A program made the position numbers and the translations under genes. From assembly GCF_009914755.1 (NCBI RefSeq), contig NC_060941.1: a stretch of DNA of 64,000 nucleotides; one strand, written 5' to 3'. The notes below the pieces were generated by a model. That model saw only the letters and a program-made list of their open reading frames with translations. It had not been told where the DNA came from and did no database searches. The stretch is from the human T2T-CHM13v2.0 reference genome, Homo sapiens. Below, piece by piece: positions 1 to 22,637 of this stretch. Numbering within the stretch: the stretch's first letter is position 1; each line of letters begins with the position of its first letter.

Positions 1-460
1 CCAGCACACCAAAGACGTCTCCTCATGGGTCTCCTGTTTTCTGTGCAACCACATCACTCATCTCTTCCTGACCCAAAATTCATGAATTTCCCTGAAATTT
101 CATCAGCTCCCTGCAACTCTTGCTGTCTGTTTGCCCAGAATGCCTACCCTCTCCCCAACTGTCCTTCATTCCCATCAACCCGGTAGATATCTACACAGAT
201 TTAAAGACTCAGCTCAAGTTGCCTCCCTGAGAAGCCTTTTCTATCTCCTCGAGGTGAACCTATCCCTCCCTGCTTTGTGCCCCCATAATACCCCACACGG
301 GATTCTTTCTCCATTGTAACACACTGTTGCATTTACTTTTTATGTCTTTGTTTCCCCCCACTAGACTAGGAACTCCTTGAGGGAAAACAAAATCTCTATG
401 TTCTCAATGCCTGGTGCATAGTATATGCTCAATAAATACTTTTCTGAATGAATCCAGTAA
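1..460 (+). mobile_element. L2 LINE 3' fragment (old, degraded)
   Basis: Ends in an L2-like 3' terminus: ctagactaggaactccttgaggg...tgcctggtgcatagtatatgctcaataaatac...tgaatgaat. Confidence 0.6.
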
Positions 461-920
461 ACAAAATACTTCCCTGTCTTTGGCCTTTGTGAAACAAGCA
501 GCTAGACCTTCCAGGACGGGCTTCTTTGAGCCTCTACAAGAGTCAAATTAAGTAAGTAATTCACTGGGTTGTCTGCCTTTGTAGATCTGAGGAGGCCAAA
601 CTCCACCTAATTTTCCCTACCCTGAGGCCCATCTGGTTCTCACCCAACAACTTCATGAGCACATCCAGATGGTCCCTCTAACATGAGCACTGCCAATGAC
701 ATGTAGGACAGTCTCACACAATCTCATACTCGTATCCCTCTTCTGCGATCTTAATCCCCAAACCCAATTTTGCCTCTCCTTTAACCCTGTGTCCCCACCA
801 CAGTTTTATCCTTCATCCATTCCTATAACATGTCCCCTGTTTATTCCCCAAACTTTATCTTCTTGCCTTCAAACCTTCAACCTATGCATAAGCATAATCA
901 TTCTACATAAAAGCTATTGA

Positions 921-1215
921 GACTAGGCATGGTGGCACATGCCTGTAATCCTAGCACTTTGGGAGGACAAAGCAGGAGGAATGCTTGGGGCCAGAAGTTC
1001 AAGACCAGCTTGGGCAACATAGCCAGACCCCCATCTCTATGAAAAGTTAAAAAAAAAAAATGGTAGCCAGGTGTGGTGGCCTGCACCTGTAGTCCTAGCT
1101 ACCTGGGAGACTGGGGCTGGAGGATCCCTTGACCCAAGGAATTCAAGGCTGTGGTGAACTATGATCATGCCACTGCATTCCAGCCTAGGTGACAGAGAGA
1201 GACCCTGTCTCTCAA
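921..1215 (+). mobile_element. AluJ-type SINE
   Basis: Full dimeric Alu with J-type features (gcaacatagccagaccccatctcta, caaggctgtggtga). Confidence 0.9.
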
Positions 1216-1460
1216 TATATAAATAATTTTTTCAAAAAGTTATTGAACATCTATGATGTCCAGATCCTGTGCCAGGCACTGAAGATAAATAGAGAAATAG
1301 AAGGTAAATAGAGATAGGTAGAGTCTCTGCACAGGGGAAACTCAGGGAGGCCAAAGAGATAATATATAATATGTAAATACCAACCCAGTCTATCAATAAG
1401 CATTGGCCTCAGGTTTTGGAAGGGTCAGTTCCATGGACTGTGGAGGTGGTCAAAAAATGC

Positions 1461-1462
<2 letters not shown>

Positions 1463-1494
<32 letters not shown>

Positions 1495-1607
1495 GATGGG
1501 GTCCCACTATGTTGTCCAGGCTAGTCTCAACTCCAGGGCTCAAGCAATCCTCCCACCTCAGACTCCCAGAGTGCTGGGATTACAAATATGAGCCACCACG
1601 CCCAGCT
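1463..1607 (-). mobile_element. Alu monomer (FLAM-like) with (TG)n microsatellite in place of the tail
   Basis: (TG)n at 1463-1492 followed by an antisense Alu left arm. Confidence 0.85.
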
Positions 1608-1609
1608 AA

Positions 1610-3256
<1,647 letters not shown>

Positions 3257-3679
3257 TTAAAAAACAAAAAGCAAACAAAAAAGTGGTGAAAAGGAGCTGA
3301 GGATGTTCCCTTCTATTGTCCATGAATTTTTACAATTAGTAGTGATTATTTTAATAATTATCCCCACTGCCACGCCAGCCAAAAAGCAGTGGTGACAAGT
3401 CACTTTGCTCTCCCACATCTCTCTCTCTCTCTCTCCAGCCATGCCTCTTCCCTCCTTCTCAGCACCCCGTCTCTCCCCCAGCACACCCCTAATCTTTCCA
3501 CTCCAGGCTTTAAACTCTTTGACATAGTTTCCTCCAAGTGTTGGTCAGCTACTCTTTGTGGGGAGAAGAGTAAACTGTCCCAGGGGCCAACATAAAAAGA
3601 GAGCTTGTTTCTGCCTCTAATGTTTTGTTCATGGTGGTTCCCGTACCTGTTACTTTCCCTCCACTTATTGTTTCCAGCA

Positions 3680-3990
3680 TTTTTTTTTTTTTTTTTTTTT
3701 GAGACAGAGACTCACTGTGTCGCCAGGCTGGAGTGCAGTAGCGCGATCTCGGCTCACTGTAACCTCCACCTCCTGGGTTCAAGCGATTCTTCTTCTCAGC
3801 CTCACAAGTAGCTGAAACTACAGGCACATGCTACCACACCCATTTAATTTTTGCCTGTAGTCCTGGCAACTCAGGAGGCTGAAGTGGGAGGATCGCTTGA
3901 GCCTAGGAGGTGGAGGTTGTAGTGAGCTGAAATTGTGCCTGTGCACTCCAGCCTGGGTGACAGAGTGAGACCCTGTCTCAAAAATAAAAA
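3680..3990. mobile_element. Two Alu right arms joined head-to-head (minus 3680-3853, plus 3853-3990)
   Basis: Poly-T plus antisense right arm, then directly gcctgtagtcctggc...gaccctgtctcaaaa in sense orientation. Confidence 0.85.
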
Positions 3991-4413
3991 TAGTAACATA
4001 CAAGAGTGGTTTCTTAGTTATGACAATTGACCAGTCATGTGAGATGAGAACATCAGGAGAAGCAAACTGGGGGAGGGGAATACAAGAACTCTCTGTTGTC
4101 TTCATTAATTCTCTGTGCGTCTAAAATTATTCCAAAATAAAAAGTTTATTGAGAAAATACATTAGCAACATGGAAAATGCTTATGATATAATATTAAATG
4201 AAAAAAAGGATGACAGGTATCTGCTCAGGGTAAAAAAGAAGATAAATGGGGAGAGAAGGAGGAAGTGAGAGTTGGCTTCCTCCTACCTGTCCCACCTCGT
4301 CTCAACTCCCTGATTCCATTCTTGCTGATGCAGCCGCCCAAAGGAGTATCTGCCACTTTATTTCCTGCCAGTTCAAATCCCATCCCATCAGCTCTCATTA
4401 AGAAACCCTTTCC

Positions 4414-4703
4414 GGCCGGGCATGATGGCTCATACCTGTAATCCCAGCACTTTGGGAGGCCAAGGCGGACGGATCACCTGAGGGCGGATCACCTGAGGAG
4501 TTCGAGAGCAGGCTGGCCAACATGGTGAAACCCCGTCTCTACTAAAAATACAAAAATTAGCCGGGCATGGTGGCGGGCACCTGTAATCCCAGCTACTCAA
4601 GAGGTGAGGCAAGAGAATCACTTGAGCCCAGGGGGCAGAAGTTGCAGTGAGCCAAGATCAAGCCATTGCACTCCAGCCTGGGTGACAGAGCAAGACTCTC
4701 TCT

Positions 4704-4735
<32 letters not shown>
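4414..4735 (+). mobile_element. AluS with an internal ~15-bp tandem duplication (cggatcacctgag)
   Basis: Alu consensus match; duplication at about 4467-4498; long A tail. Confidence 0.9.
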
Positions 4736-4737
<2 letters not shown>

Positions 4738-4764
4738 ATAAGAAGGAATAGAAAGGAAGGCAGA

Positions 4765-4857
4765 GTACTGATGACATCTGATCCAGCCACACCTTAATCC
4801 TATTGACCTCAGACTTAGCTCTATGAGCCAATAAATCCCCTTCCTACTTTATTTTTG
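4765..4857 (+). mobile_element. MLT1-type (MaLR) LTR, upstream piece; continues at 9014-9090
   Basis: ...tgagccaataaatccccttc resumes as ttaaagcagttttgagttgggtttctgtcatctgcaaaggaaaaagtcctga after the SPIC/L1 insertion. Confidence 0.65.
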
Positions 4858-7728
<2,871 letters not shown>

Positions 7729-7729
7729 C

Positions 7730-9013
7730 ACTAAAGTTTTTAAGACATAAACATACTTTGGCATAAACACTGTATTATATGCAATTACTTTTTGTAAATA
7801 ATTTTTGTAAAGCCATCAGATATATATCCAAATGATTTTTCACCTGAGTGTAAGACAGGAAAATGTTTAAATTAATACATAAATCAAATCATCTGCACTG
7901 GCATTGTTAACCTAGAAGAAAGTGGCTGCATAGAGAATAGTAAAAGCAAGGATATTTAGTCCATACTTTCAAATGGGGCTTGATGATTTGAAACAACAAA
8001 GTTGTTCACTGGCAGAATTTCCCACCAAGTCTGTATAAATTATGTGCTATTTGATAAAAGATAGCCTGAATGAAGCTAATTTTTTTATCTTCAGTATTTG
8101 CTTTAAGAGAAAAATCCTGAAGCTTGTAGGGATTTCTAATGCCAAAAAAGATGATGAAATGGGAGAGTATATTTAGCAATCATGGTGACTAAGCTCATGG
8201 TAACTGGCATATGTAAAATTTTAGTTTGCATTCCAATTACTTAAACTGAGATGTTCTTGATCAGTTGAACATACTGTGAGTAGACGATCTCTTTCTCAGA
8301 GAAACAAGATGGAGAGATCTTCAGAGAATGGCCCCACTGAAGCTCATTGGTAAATGAGCTTTCTCCAGATTTTGTTGATTTCCTGAGTTTTTCCATAATT
8401 CCTCAGTTCCCTGGCCATTTTCTGATAGACCATGGTCTTCCTATTGCCCTTTCTTATTCCTCAAAGTTTGGCAAATTTTTCTTCATTTTTTGATACAAAC
8501 TGGAAACTGCCTTTGGTTTTATCTACTTACTGAATGCAGATGCCATCTTGGGATTATACTGAGATTTGTGAAGTTATTCAAACAGTCAGAGAAGCTTCCC
8601 GCCTTGTCCTCCCTGTTGCTGGAAAACAGCAGACTGCACCAGCTGGCTTTCAGTTATGTTCCACAAAGATCAATGAATGGTTCCTTCAAAATAGAAGTCT
8701 GCAGCATTATTTATTAAAGTTCTCCAATTATAAATAGATTCCTCTGTAAGCAACATTCCATAGCAGTTGGAATCTCCTCTGACATGGGTACAATCACTGA
8801 TGAAAACCAGGTAAGTTTTGAAGATCTCCAGTTGAATGTTGCCTCAGTACCTCAAAAGCATCTTCAAATGCTTGAGCCAGCTTGTCTCGTTCACACAAGT
8901 TATGCTTCACTAATAAACTGATGATTCTGTCCATCAGTGCCCAATCTAGCATGTACTTGTAGATGTGGAGATAATCTTCCCTCCTCTGAAACACACATCT
9001 GCACTCCCCACCA
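7730..9013 (-). pseudogene. SPIC: Processed pseudogene of SPIC (Spi-C ETS transcription factor); former CDS about 8903-8173 plus UTRs
   Basis: Minus-strand translation gives [23 protein letters not shown], the ETS domain [59 protein letters not shown] and the C-terminus YASYHELSHHDC* (stop 8173-8175). No introns, start codon ATG>ATA at 8903-8901, several stops and frameshifts. Confidence 0.95.
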
Positions 9014-9249
9014 CCCACTTTAATTTTGTTAAAGCAGTTTTGAGTTGGGTTTCTGTCATCTGCAAAGGAAAAAGTCCTGAGTCATTTATACCTAAGAATC
9101 AGATAATTTAAGTAACAGGCTCTAACATATGAAAATAGCTGAGATAGTGTGGGGTGCAAAACAGAGAGGAGATAATTATTCCCATCCCTAAATAATATTT
9201 GAAAAGTTTTGTTATACAGTAGAAATGCAACTGGCTATCCAATGATTTG

Positions 9250-9420
9250 TTAAATCTTTGGACTCAGCCCCAAGAAAAATAGCAAGATATTGAACATTAC
9301 TTGTGGCCTCAAATAATATTATATGAGAAAAGCAGAAGTTCAGTCCAAGCTATACTATCTAAAAGCAGAGAGGGAATAATGAAACTTCATTTTTTAGAAA
9401 AATCTTTATACCCATACCTT
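9250..9420 (+). mobile_element. Candidate Ty3/Gypsy (PNMA-like) gag capsid remnant
   Basis: Frame reads LNLWTQPQEK*QDIEHYLWPQIILYEKSRSSVQAILSKSREGIMKLHFLEKSLYPYL, loosely resembling the Q..GE....Y..RL..LL...AI....FL.G pattern of Gypsy CA; judged by eye only. Confidence 0.35.
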
Positions 9421-9524
9421 GCAATCCTTGAGGACTGGGAGTCAGAATTTGAAAAGGCCAAATTCTGCATCCTAAGCTAAAATTTGTGAAGACAAAAGCA
9501 AAGAGATAAAGAAATACCATACTA

Positions 9525-11350
9525 AAATATTGGGAAAGAAATTGAAAGGGACACAACAAAATGAAAAGATATTCCAGATTCACGAACTGAAATACTTAAT
9601 ATTGGTTAAATTATAATACTACTCAAAGCAATTTACAGATTAAATGCAATCCAATTACATTCTCTACAGAAATAGAAAAAAATCTTAAGACATATATGGA
9701 ACCACAAAAGACCCCAAATAACCAAAGCAATCTGAGCAAAAGGAACAAAGCTGGAGGCATTACACTACCTGACTTCAAATTTTACTACAAAGCTATAGTA
9801 ACCAAATCAGTATGACACTGGCATAAAAACAGACAGAATAGACCAATGGGACAGAATAGAGAACGCAGATGTAAATCCACACATTTACGGCCAGCTCATC
9901 TTCAACAAAGGTACCAAGAACATATAATGGGGGGAAGGATAGGCTTTTCAATAAATGGTGCCAAGAAAACTAGATAACTATATGCAGAAGAATGAAACTG
10001 GATCCTTCTCTCTTACCATATACAAAAAGCAAATCAAAATTGATTAAAGATTAAATCTAAATCCTCAAACCATGAAACTACTAGAAGAAAACATTGAGGA
10101 ATCACTCCAGGACATTGGTCTGGGTGAAGATTTTTTTATGTCAGATCTCAAAAGCATAGGCAAACAAAGTAAAAATAGACAAATGGGATTATTTCAAGCT
10201 AAAAACTTCTGCATAGCAAAGGAAATAATCAATAAAGTGAAGAGAAAACCCACAGAATGGCAGAAAATATAACTAACCACCTGAGACGGGGTTAATAACC
10301 AGAAGGTATGGGGAGCTCAAACAACTCAATAGCAAAAACAAACAAACAAACAAAAACAACATAATCCAATTTAAAAATGGGCAATAGATCTGAGTAGACA
10401 TTTCTCAAAAGAAGCCATACAAATGGCCAACAGGCATATAAAAAATATTCAACATCACAAATTATTAGAGAAATGCAAATCAATGAGATATCATCTCGCC
10501 CCAGTTAAAATGGCTTTTATCAAGAAGACAGGCAATAACGCAGGCTAGCGAGGATGTGGAAGAAAGGGAACCCTTGTACACTGTTGGTGGGAATGGAAAT
10601 TAGTACAGCTACTACACAGAATAGCTTGGAGGTTCCTCAAAAAACTAAAAATTGTGCTACCATATGATCCAGGAATCCCACTCCTGGGTATATCTCCAAA
10701 AGAAAGGAAATGAATATATCAAAGAGCTATCTGCACGCCCATGTTTATTGCAGCACTATTCACAATAGCCAAAATATGGAATCGATCTAAGTGCCCATCA
10801 ACGAATGAATGGCTAAAGAAAACGTGGTATATATACACAATGGAATATTATTCATCTGTAAAAAGGAATAAAATCCTGTCATTTGCAGCAACATAAATAA
10901 AACTAGAAGTCATTATGTTAAGTGACACAAAGAGACAAATACTACGTGTTCTCACTCATATGTGGAAGCTAAGAAAAAGTGGATCTCATGAAGGTAGAGA
11001 GTAGATTGGTGGTTACCAGAAGCCAGCAAGGGTAGCAGAAGTAGGGGATTCAAAGAAGTTGATAAATCAATACAAATATAAAGTTGAGAGAAGAAATAAG
11101 CTCCAGTGTTCAACAGATGAGTAGGGTGACTATAGTTTACAAAAACATACTGTACATTTCAAATTAGAAGAGAAAAATTCAAACATTTCTAGGATAAAGA
11201 CAAATATTAAGGTGATGGATATCCCAAGTACACTGATGTGATGTATACAAATTATATGAATGTATTAAGTTATCATGTGTGCCCTGAAACTATGTAACTT
11301 ATTATCCATCAATTTTTTAAATTGTTGAAAAAATGATTAAATGAATAAAT
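9525..11350 (+). mobile_element. L1MA-type LINE-1 3' portion (ORF2 C-terminus and 3'UTR)
   Basis: ORF2 peptides (MKLLEENIEESLQDIGLG...) and L1MA-like 3' end. Confidence 0.9.
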
Positions 11351-12246
11351 AAAATATTGGGTCTTGGATGAGCCAGAAAATTTGGGAAGTCTGATTCTCT
11401 CTCAAATATTATATTCTAGGTATTCTTTGCCAGACAAAAGCATCATATCCCTTATAAAAATGCATCCAGTAGGTTATAATCTTGGGGGAAATGCCACATT
11501 ATTTAGCTTCATTTTCCCCTTCAAGTCTTTCACATTGTTCAAAGCAGACAGCAAAGTGAAAGCATTATTTTGGGAGATGGGGAAAAGCCAGAATAGATTA
11601 TTGGCAAGAAATAGAAACCACAAGATGAGGATCAAGAGTCAAGGTCCAGGTTTAGACAAGATCTCTGGATGTGGTTATTATGCCACAGAATCATCAAATG
11701 TCAACTGAGGTTTTAAATACTGCTTAAAAATGCCAAGCCTGGAAATAGGTGCCTGTAATTCTTCAGTCCTTCAGTAAATACCCAGGCTATTAAAGTAGGT
11801 AATTCCCAGGAATGAAATCCTCCTTGCACCTCTCTTAGGGGTGGCCATGGAGGACACAAAACACAGATATTTATCTTTGGAAGAAGGAGGTAGAACTGTT
11901 TTTGAAAATATATATAAAGTATAGTTGTGTTTGGAGAAGCAGAGGCATTTTTGAAACTATATGTATAATTAGAATGGTATGTGAATATATATACAACCAA
12001 AGACAAAGGGGTAAAATGGGGTAAAAATCTACTATTATTCACTATACGGCACTCATTCTCAACTACCTTCTCAGATCTAAACTCTACTTTTCTGTAGAGA
12101 ACCCCTTCCCTGTGGTTAGGACAGGGCCAACACTGACTTGCCACCATGACGACATCAGTGGGTACATGACCTAGACTCAGCAAATTATGCTACCCATAAC
12201 ATCGGCTACCATGATCATTTAAGATCTGGACATGAAATCTAAACTA

Positions 12247-12855
<609 letters not shown>

Positions 12856-12861
12856 TAAAAG

Positions 12862-13003
12862 TAATTTTTTATTATACATTAAGTTCTGGGATATATGTGG
12901 AGAACGTGCAGGTTTGTTAACATAGGTATACACGTCCCATGGTGGTTTGCTGCACCCATCAACCCGTCATCTACGTTAGATATTTCTCCTAATGTTATTC
13001 CTT
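12862..13003 (-). mobile_element. Very short L1PA 3' end
   Basis: Antisense L1PA terminus ttattatacattaagttctgggat...gctgcacccatcaacccgtcatctacgttag. Confidence 0.85.
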
Positions 13004-13289
13004 TAAAATGGAAGGTATTAGGAAGATTTCTTTCCACTGTCGGTCAGGAATGAGATGGATGTGGTGCTACTGAAGGTCGCCTTGCCACTCTGTAGTAAAA
13101 GAAACCTCTGCAACGAATTTGAGGAAATCACAGCTGACAGATGTAAAGAGGACACAGAGCCCTCCTCACATTGTTAGAATTCCTGGAACTAAACAAATCA
13201 CTCCTTTTACCTTCCAGCTGTGTAAGCCTCCTCCTCAAAAAAAAGAAAATCATTTTTTGTGTAAGCTAGTGTTTTCTGCAATTTAAAGC

Positions 13290-14500
<1,211 letters not shown>

Positions 14501-14709
14501 GGTCCCTGACTAATTTAAGCCCACTCTGCACCGTGTAGTCAGGAACTAGGACTTAGAGCTGGCATAGAGTGGGAATTTGTCAAATAATCACCATCATTTT
14601 GGATTCTTAATGAGTTGCCAACTGTCCTAAGTATTACTATTTTACATATTGTAATGAATGCTTTGTGAAACAAAAGCTTTTGTGGTTGTTGCTGTTGATT
14701 ACAAATTTT

Positions 14710-16112
<1,403 letters not shown>

Positions 16113-17877
16113 TGGGACATTTAGAGGAAAAATCAGCCTTTCTTGTTTCTTCCCTCACAGTCAGTATTAATAAAGACTAATCCCTTTAGACTATCACAAG
16201 AAGATACTGCAGAGGAAAGATGAAGCTTCTTTTAACTAAGGGGTCACGGCCGTTATAATTTGAGCATCAAAAGACTGGATGAAAACAGATGTGGCCAGAG
16301 TTCTAGTTCTTGTTTTGGAGGACTAGACGGTATCAGATTAACCCCTCTGCCAAAATTATTTATAAACTCTGGGCAAAATATAACAAACAGGTCTTTGAAG
16401 GGACTGGAGATAAACCTTAGCAGGCAGAAACTGAGCAGGGAACAGACAGTCCTCAAAATGAAGGAAGCACGTGAGATGAGCTCCACATTTACCAAGATTT
16501 TTCTCCTGAGGGACTTCCCAGCTTGCTGCTGCTGCACACAGCGGAAGAGATCTCAAACAGAAAGAAGCAATTTTAGGGGATGTGGAGCTAGAGATTCGAT
16601 TTGGGGCTCCCAGAGAAGCTGGAAATTGAGGAGGAAATCCCCAGAAAAGGGGGACCTATGGAAGGAAAATAATTGATAGAACAAGTAGATGAAAAATCAG
16701 TAAGAACATAGATTTGAACACAATTAACAGACTTGATCAAGTGGACATTCACACAACACAGCACCCAACACTGCATACCACACACTCTTTTCGAGAACTC
16801 ACAGGACCTTTACAAAGTGAATCACGCTGGACGATAAAGTAAGTCTCAACAAAATTAGGAGATTGCAATCAGGCAAGACATGCTATGGCTAGTATGAGCA
16901 AACAAGCCAGACATCAATAGAAATGACCTGTTTTGAAGATGGCATGGTATTAACACAGGGATTGACAAGTAGAACAATTGGAATAGAAGAATGGACAGCC
17001 CAGAAACAGGCATATATGGACACTTCATTTTTGACAGAGGTGGTGTTACCAGCTGAGGGTAGTTGTCCAGGTTCTTGGCGTTTTGAACAAAGAACTGGAC
17101 AAAATGGACAAAGCAAGGCAGCAAGAGCAGAGATTTGTTTTAAATGAAAGTACACTCCACAGGGTGGGGGTGGCTCATGCAAGCAGCTCAAGATTCTTGG
17201 TTACAGAATTTTCTGGGGTTTCAATTCCCTCTAGGAGTTTCCCATTGTCCCCCGACCAGTCTGATTGGTTGCAGGAGGGGACCAATCAGAGGTACTTTCA
17301 TTTTTCAACCGCCAGGCAGAAAAAGGAGGGGCAGCAACTGTCGCGCAGAAAAAGGGGGTGTTGAAGAGTAGCCTCTGATATCCAGTGAGCATGAACCGGC
17401 CTTAGGTTTCCTGCCTCCAGACCCTATTCTCCTGCCTCATTTCCCCCCCTGAGAGACAGGATCCCCGTAAGTCTTTATGTGAGACAGAGGGACTGATGGT
17501 CTTTTTTCTGTAACTGCGTCACACTGACTTGACTGACAGTCCCTGCCTATTGGAATCACAGAACTCTCACCCTGCTCTGTCTAGTGGAGACAGGGTAGTT
17601 TCTTGATGGCCAGGGGTGGTGAATTCATTTGGAACTGGCTGGAAACCTTACTGCACAATCATCTCCAGGCAAGAGGAAATGAATGGTTAAAAGATTTCAT
17701 GGGAACTTCAGGAGGTGGACACCTATGCTGTCAGGAATGTTTGTTATAGAAATGAATTAAAAGATTCTACTTAATTACTATGAAGGAAGTGATTCCAACT
17801 GTTTGAAAGAAGGTAATTAATCTGCAAAAAAAAAAAAAAAAAAAAAAACATGGCTACTATTATCCAGCCTACAGTAA

Positions 17878-19980
<2,103 letters not shown>

Positions 19981-19984
19981 GCAA

Positions 19985-20720
19985 GGGTTACCTGGTCCGG
20001 TGGAACCTCCCTTACTTCATCATCACTTACTGCCTTAGTTATTCCCTTTCTCATTCCTCCAAGGAGAGCCTCAAGAAATTTAGCCCAGTTTTTCGTTCCC
20101 ACGAGAGCATTAGAGTCTCAATTAGGATCAGTTGTGGGGACTGTGTCTGGGCCCAGGTGATTGCCCTGAGGGTTTTGGGCAAATAAATCGTCTGCTTCCC
20201 AGTGGGCAGCCTCAAAAGATTCATTCCTTTTCAAAGGGGGTGCAAGAGGTTGCTAGAATGAATTGAACATTTCTCTGTGAGAGATCGAAGGCTGAGGTCA
20301 AAGTTTGGAACCCATCTGCTAATTTCCTGGGATTCTTAGAAGAGCTTCCTAGCTTTCCCTGACACCGTTGTATATCAGTTATAGAGAAGGTGGCCTGCAC
20401 TAGGACTGGCCCCTCGGCTCCTGCTACTTCCTGAAGGGGTAGCAGGGCTGGAGGGAGAGTGGAATGTAGTGTCCCCTCCGAGCGTGAGGGGGACCTAGTA
20501 GGGTGTCCAGGGTTTGGGTTTTAGCCTCAGGAGCACTTGGCAAGGGGCTACGTGGGGGCGGTTATGTTCACCCTGAGAGACAGGTGGCCCTTATAAAAGG
20601 GGGTCATCTATACTATCTAGTCCTGTCTTTGGACTTTCTTTGCGGAGATGATTAGGTTTTGGCGTAGGGCCGTGAAGGCCTGTACATATGGTATTTCTGA
20701 CCATTTGCCCTGCCAGGAAA
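19985..20720 (-). pseudogene. Defective ERV gag (MA/CA N-terminal remnants)
   Basis: Minus-strand peptides GKWSEIPYVQAFTALRQN and PLQEVAGAEGPVLVQATFSITDIQRC, typical of gamma-like HERV Gag. Confidence 0.8.
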
Positions 20721-20950
20721 CAGCTGCTGCAAGACTGAAAAGAAAAGGACTCAGGTCCCTCACCCAAACCGGGTGGTGGTGATCAGGCGCTTCCACACGG
20801 AACCCTTTCAGTTTCCCTGGAGAGTGGCCCCAACCACAAACCTGCGGTTGCCTCCATGCCTAGGCACTGTCCACCGAGAGTCCCGAGTTGGAAAGGAAAA
20901 GAGAGAGAAAGAGGACAAAAAGGAAAATAAATCCCAAACGTTGGGCTTAC

Positions 20951-20968
20951 CTCCTGGCTGGCTCACCA
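20951..20968 (-). promoter_or_regulatory. Primer-binding site complementary to the tRNA-Arg(ACG) 3' end, followed by a splice-donor-like AG|GTAAG
   Basis: Minus strand TGGTGAGCCAGCCAGGAG, a 17/18 match to TGGCGAGCCAGCCAGGAG, 5 nt from the 5' LTR. Confidence 0.85.
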
Positions 20969-21932
20969 AAATACGTTACCAGCTGAAGGGTAGTTGGCCA
21001 GGTTCTTGGCGTTTTGAACTGAGAATTGGACAAAACACACAAAGCAAGGCAGGGAAAGCAGAGATTTACTCCAACAGAGGACAGTGGGCTCAAGCAAGCA
21101 GCTCCAAAGCCTGTTACTGAATTTTCTGAGGTTTAAATACCCTCTAGAGGGTTCCCATTGGCCCCCGACCAGTCTGATTGGTTGCAGGAGGGGACCAATC
21201 AGAGGTACTTTCATTTTTCAACTGCCTCGCAGAAAAAAGGAGGGGTTGAAAAGGGATGAATCGGGCTTGGGTTCCGAACCTAAGCCCAATTCAACCCCTC
21301 CTTTCCCTCATAAGCAGCATGAATCAGCCTTAGCTTCCCTGCCTCCAGACCCTATTCTCCTGCCTCAGTGGTAGTGTAGATCAGGCGAGGAAGTAGAAAT
21401 TCTAATAGACAGTGGTGGGACAGGGAAGTGTCCATATGGAAAAAAATGGACCTTTATATCATACGTAAATAAATTTCAAGTAGATTAAAGGTCTAAACAT
21501 AAAAGGCAAAATTAAGCAATGCATATAGAAGTGTAAAACTATAAACATTTGCAAGGAAGTGATTGTCACACGTTTGGAGAGTGGTTACTTCCGGGAAGAG
21601 GAAGAGGTTTGTTGCAGGTAGGGGATGGAGTGGGGAAAGGGACTCTGTCCATATTCTAACTCTTGGACTGGGTTGTAGCTATCTGGGTACTTTTTAATTT
21701 GCTTTAAATTATTTTTTAAATTGTATATAAATATGGTGGCCTTTTGTGTATTCTATACAGTCCACACTAAAAATGGTTAAGAAAAAAAGCATGACGTATT
21801 TAAAGATAACCACCACCGTAAGTCAAATCACTGAGTAACTTAAAGCTCACAAGTAATATTTAAGAGTACCCAGAAACTTGTTCTCCTCCTAGAAAATATA
21901 TACAGTCAAAAAAAACAAGAGCCCTCAAAAGT

Positions 21933-22279
21933 GTTAGTCCAAACTGCACCATTATGTAAGTCTCCCGCCATTTCACAGACCTTGGTCAAAGTGGAACATT
22001 CCACGGGGGTTCGGACCGTGAGAAACAGCCTGCCTCTTATCTTATTCTGCTAGGAGAAAATGCAAGGAACACCACACTCCACCAGAACAAGGGCCAAACC
22101 GCCTGATCAAAGGAACATCTTATCAATATCCTATCAGGCAGCAAGCCATACTGCCCAGGCCCCTCCCGCCCATACCTATAAATACCCCAGCCTGTAAGCA
22201 GTGGGCACTGACACTAAGCTGGTCCCCCACCTCTATAAGTTTATCCTGGACATAAATGCCTGCATTTGCTGTTGAGCCA

Positions 22280-22322
<43 letters not shown>

Positions 22323-22325
22323 TCT
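21933..22325 (+). mobile_element. LTR15-like ERV1 LTR, 3' end missing
   Basis: tgttagtccaaactgcaccattatgtaag...cctataaataccccagcctgtaagc; stops in a (TC)n tract. Confidence 0.75.
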
Positions 22326-22328
22326 CTC

Positions 22329-22637
<309 letters not shown>

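Noticed and set aside
8794-9018. Functional SPIC retrogene
   Set aside because: Start codon lost, several frameshifts, and stops at conserved ETS tryptophans.
11364-12070. Non-repeat-looking ORFs (11364-11708 plus, 11713-12183 minus)
   Set aside because: No recognisable domain or convincing splice signals; left unannotated.
20951-20968. tRNA-Arg gene
   Set aside because: Only the 18-nt 3' complement is present, next to an LTR; it is a PBS.
21805-21835. TTVSQIT as a decayed protease DTGSQIT motif
   Set aside because: The position fits the Gypsy order, but both key residues differ; cannot be distinguished from chance by eye.
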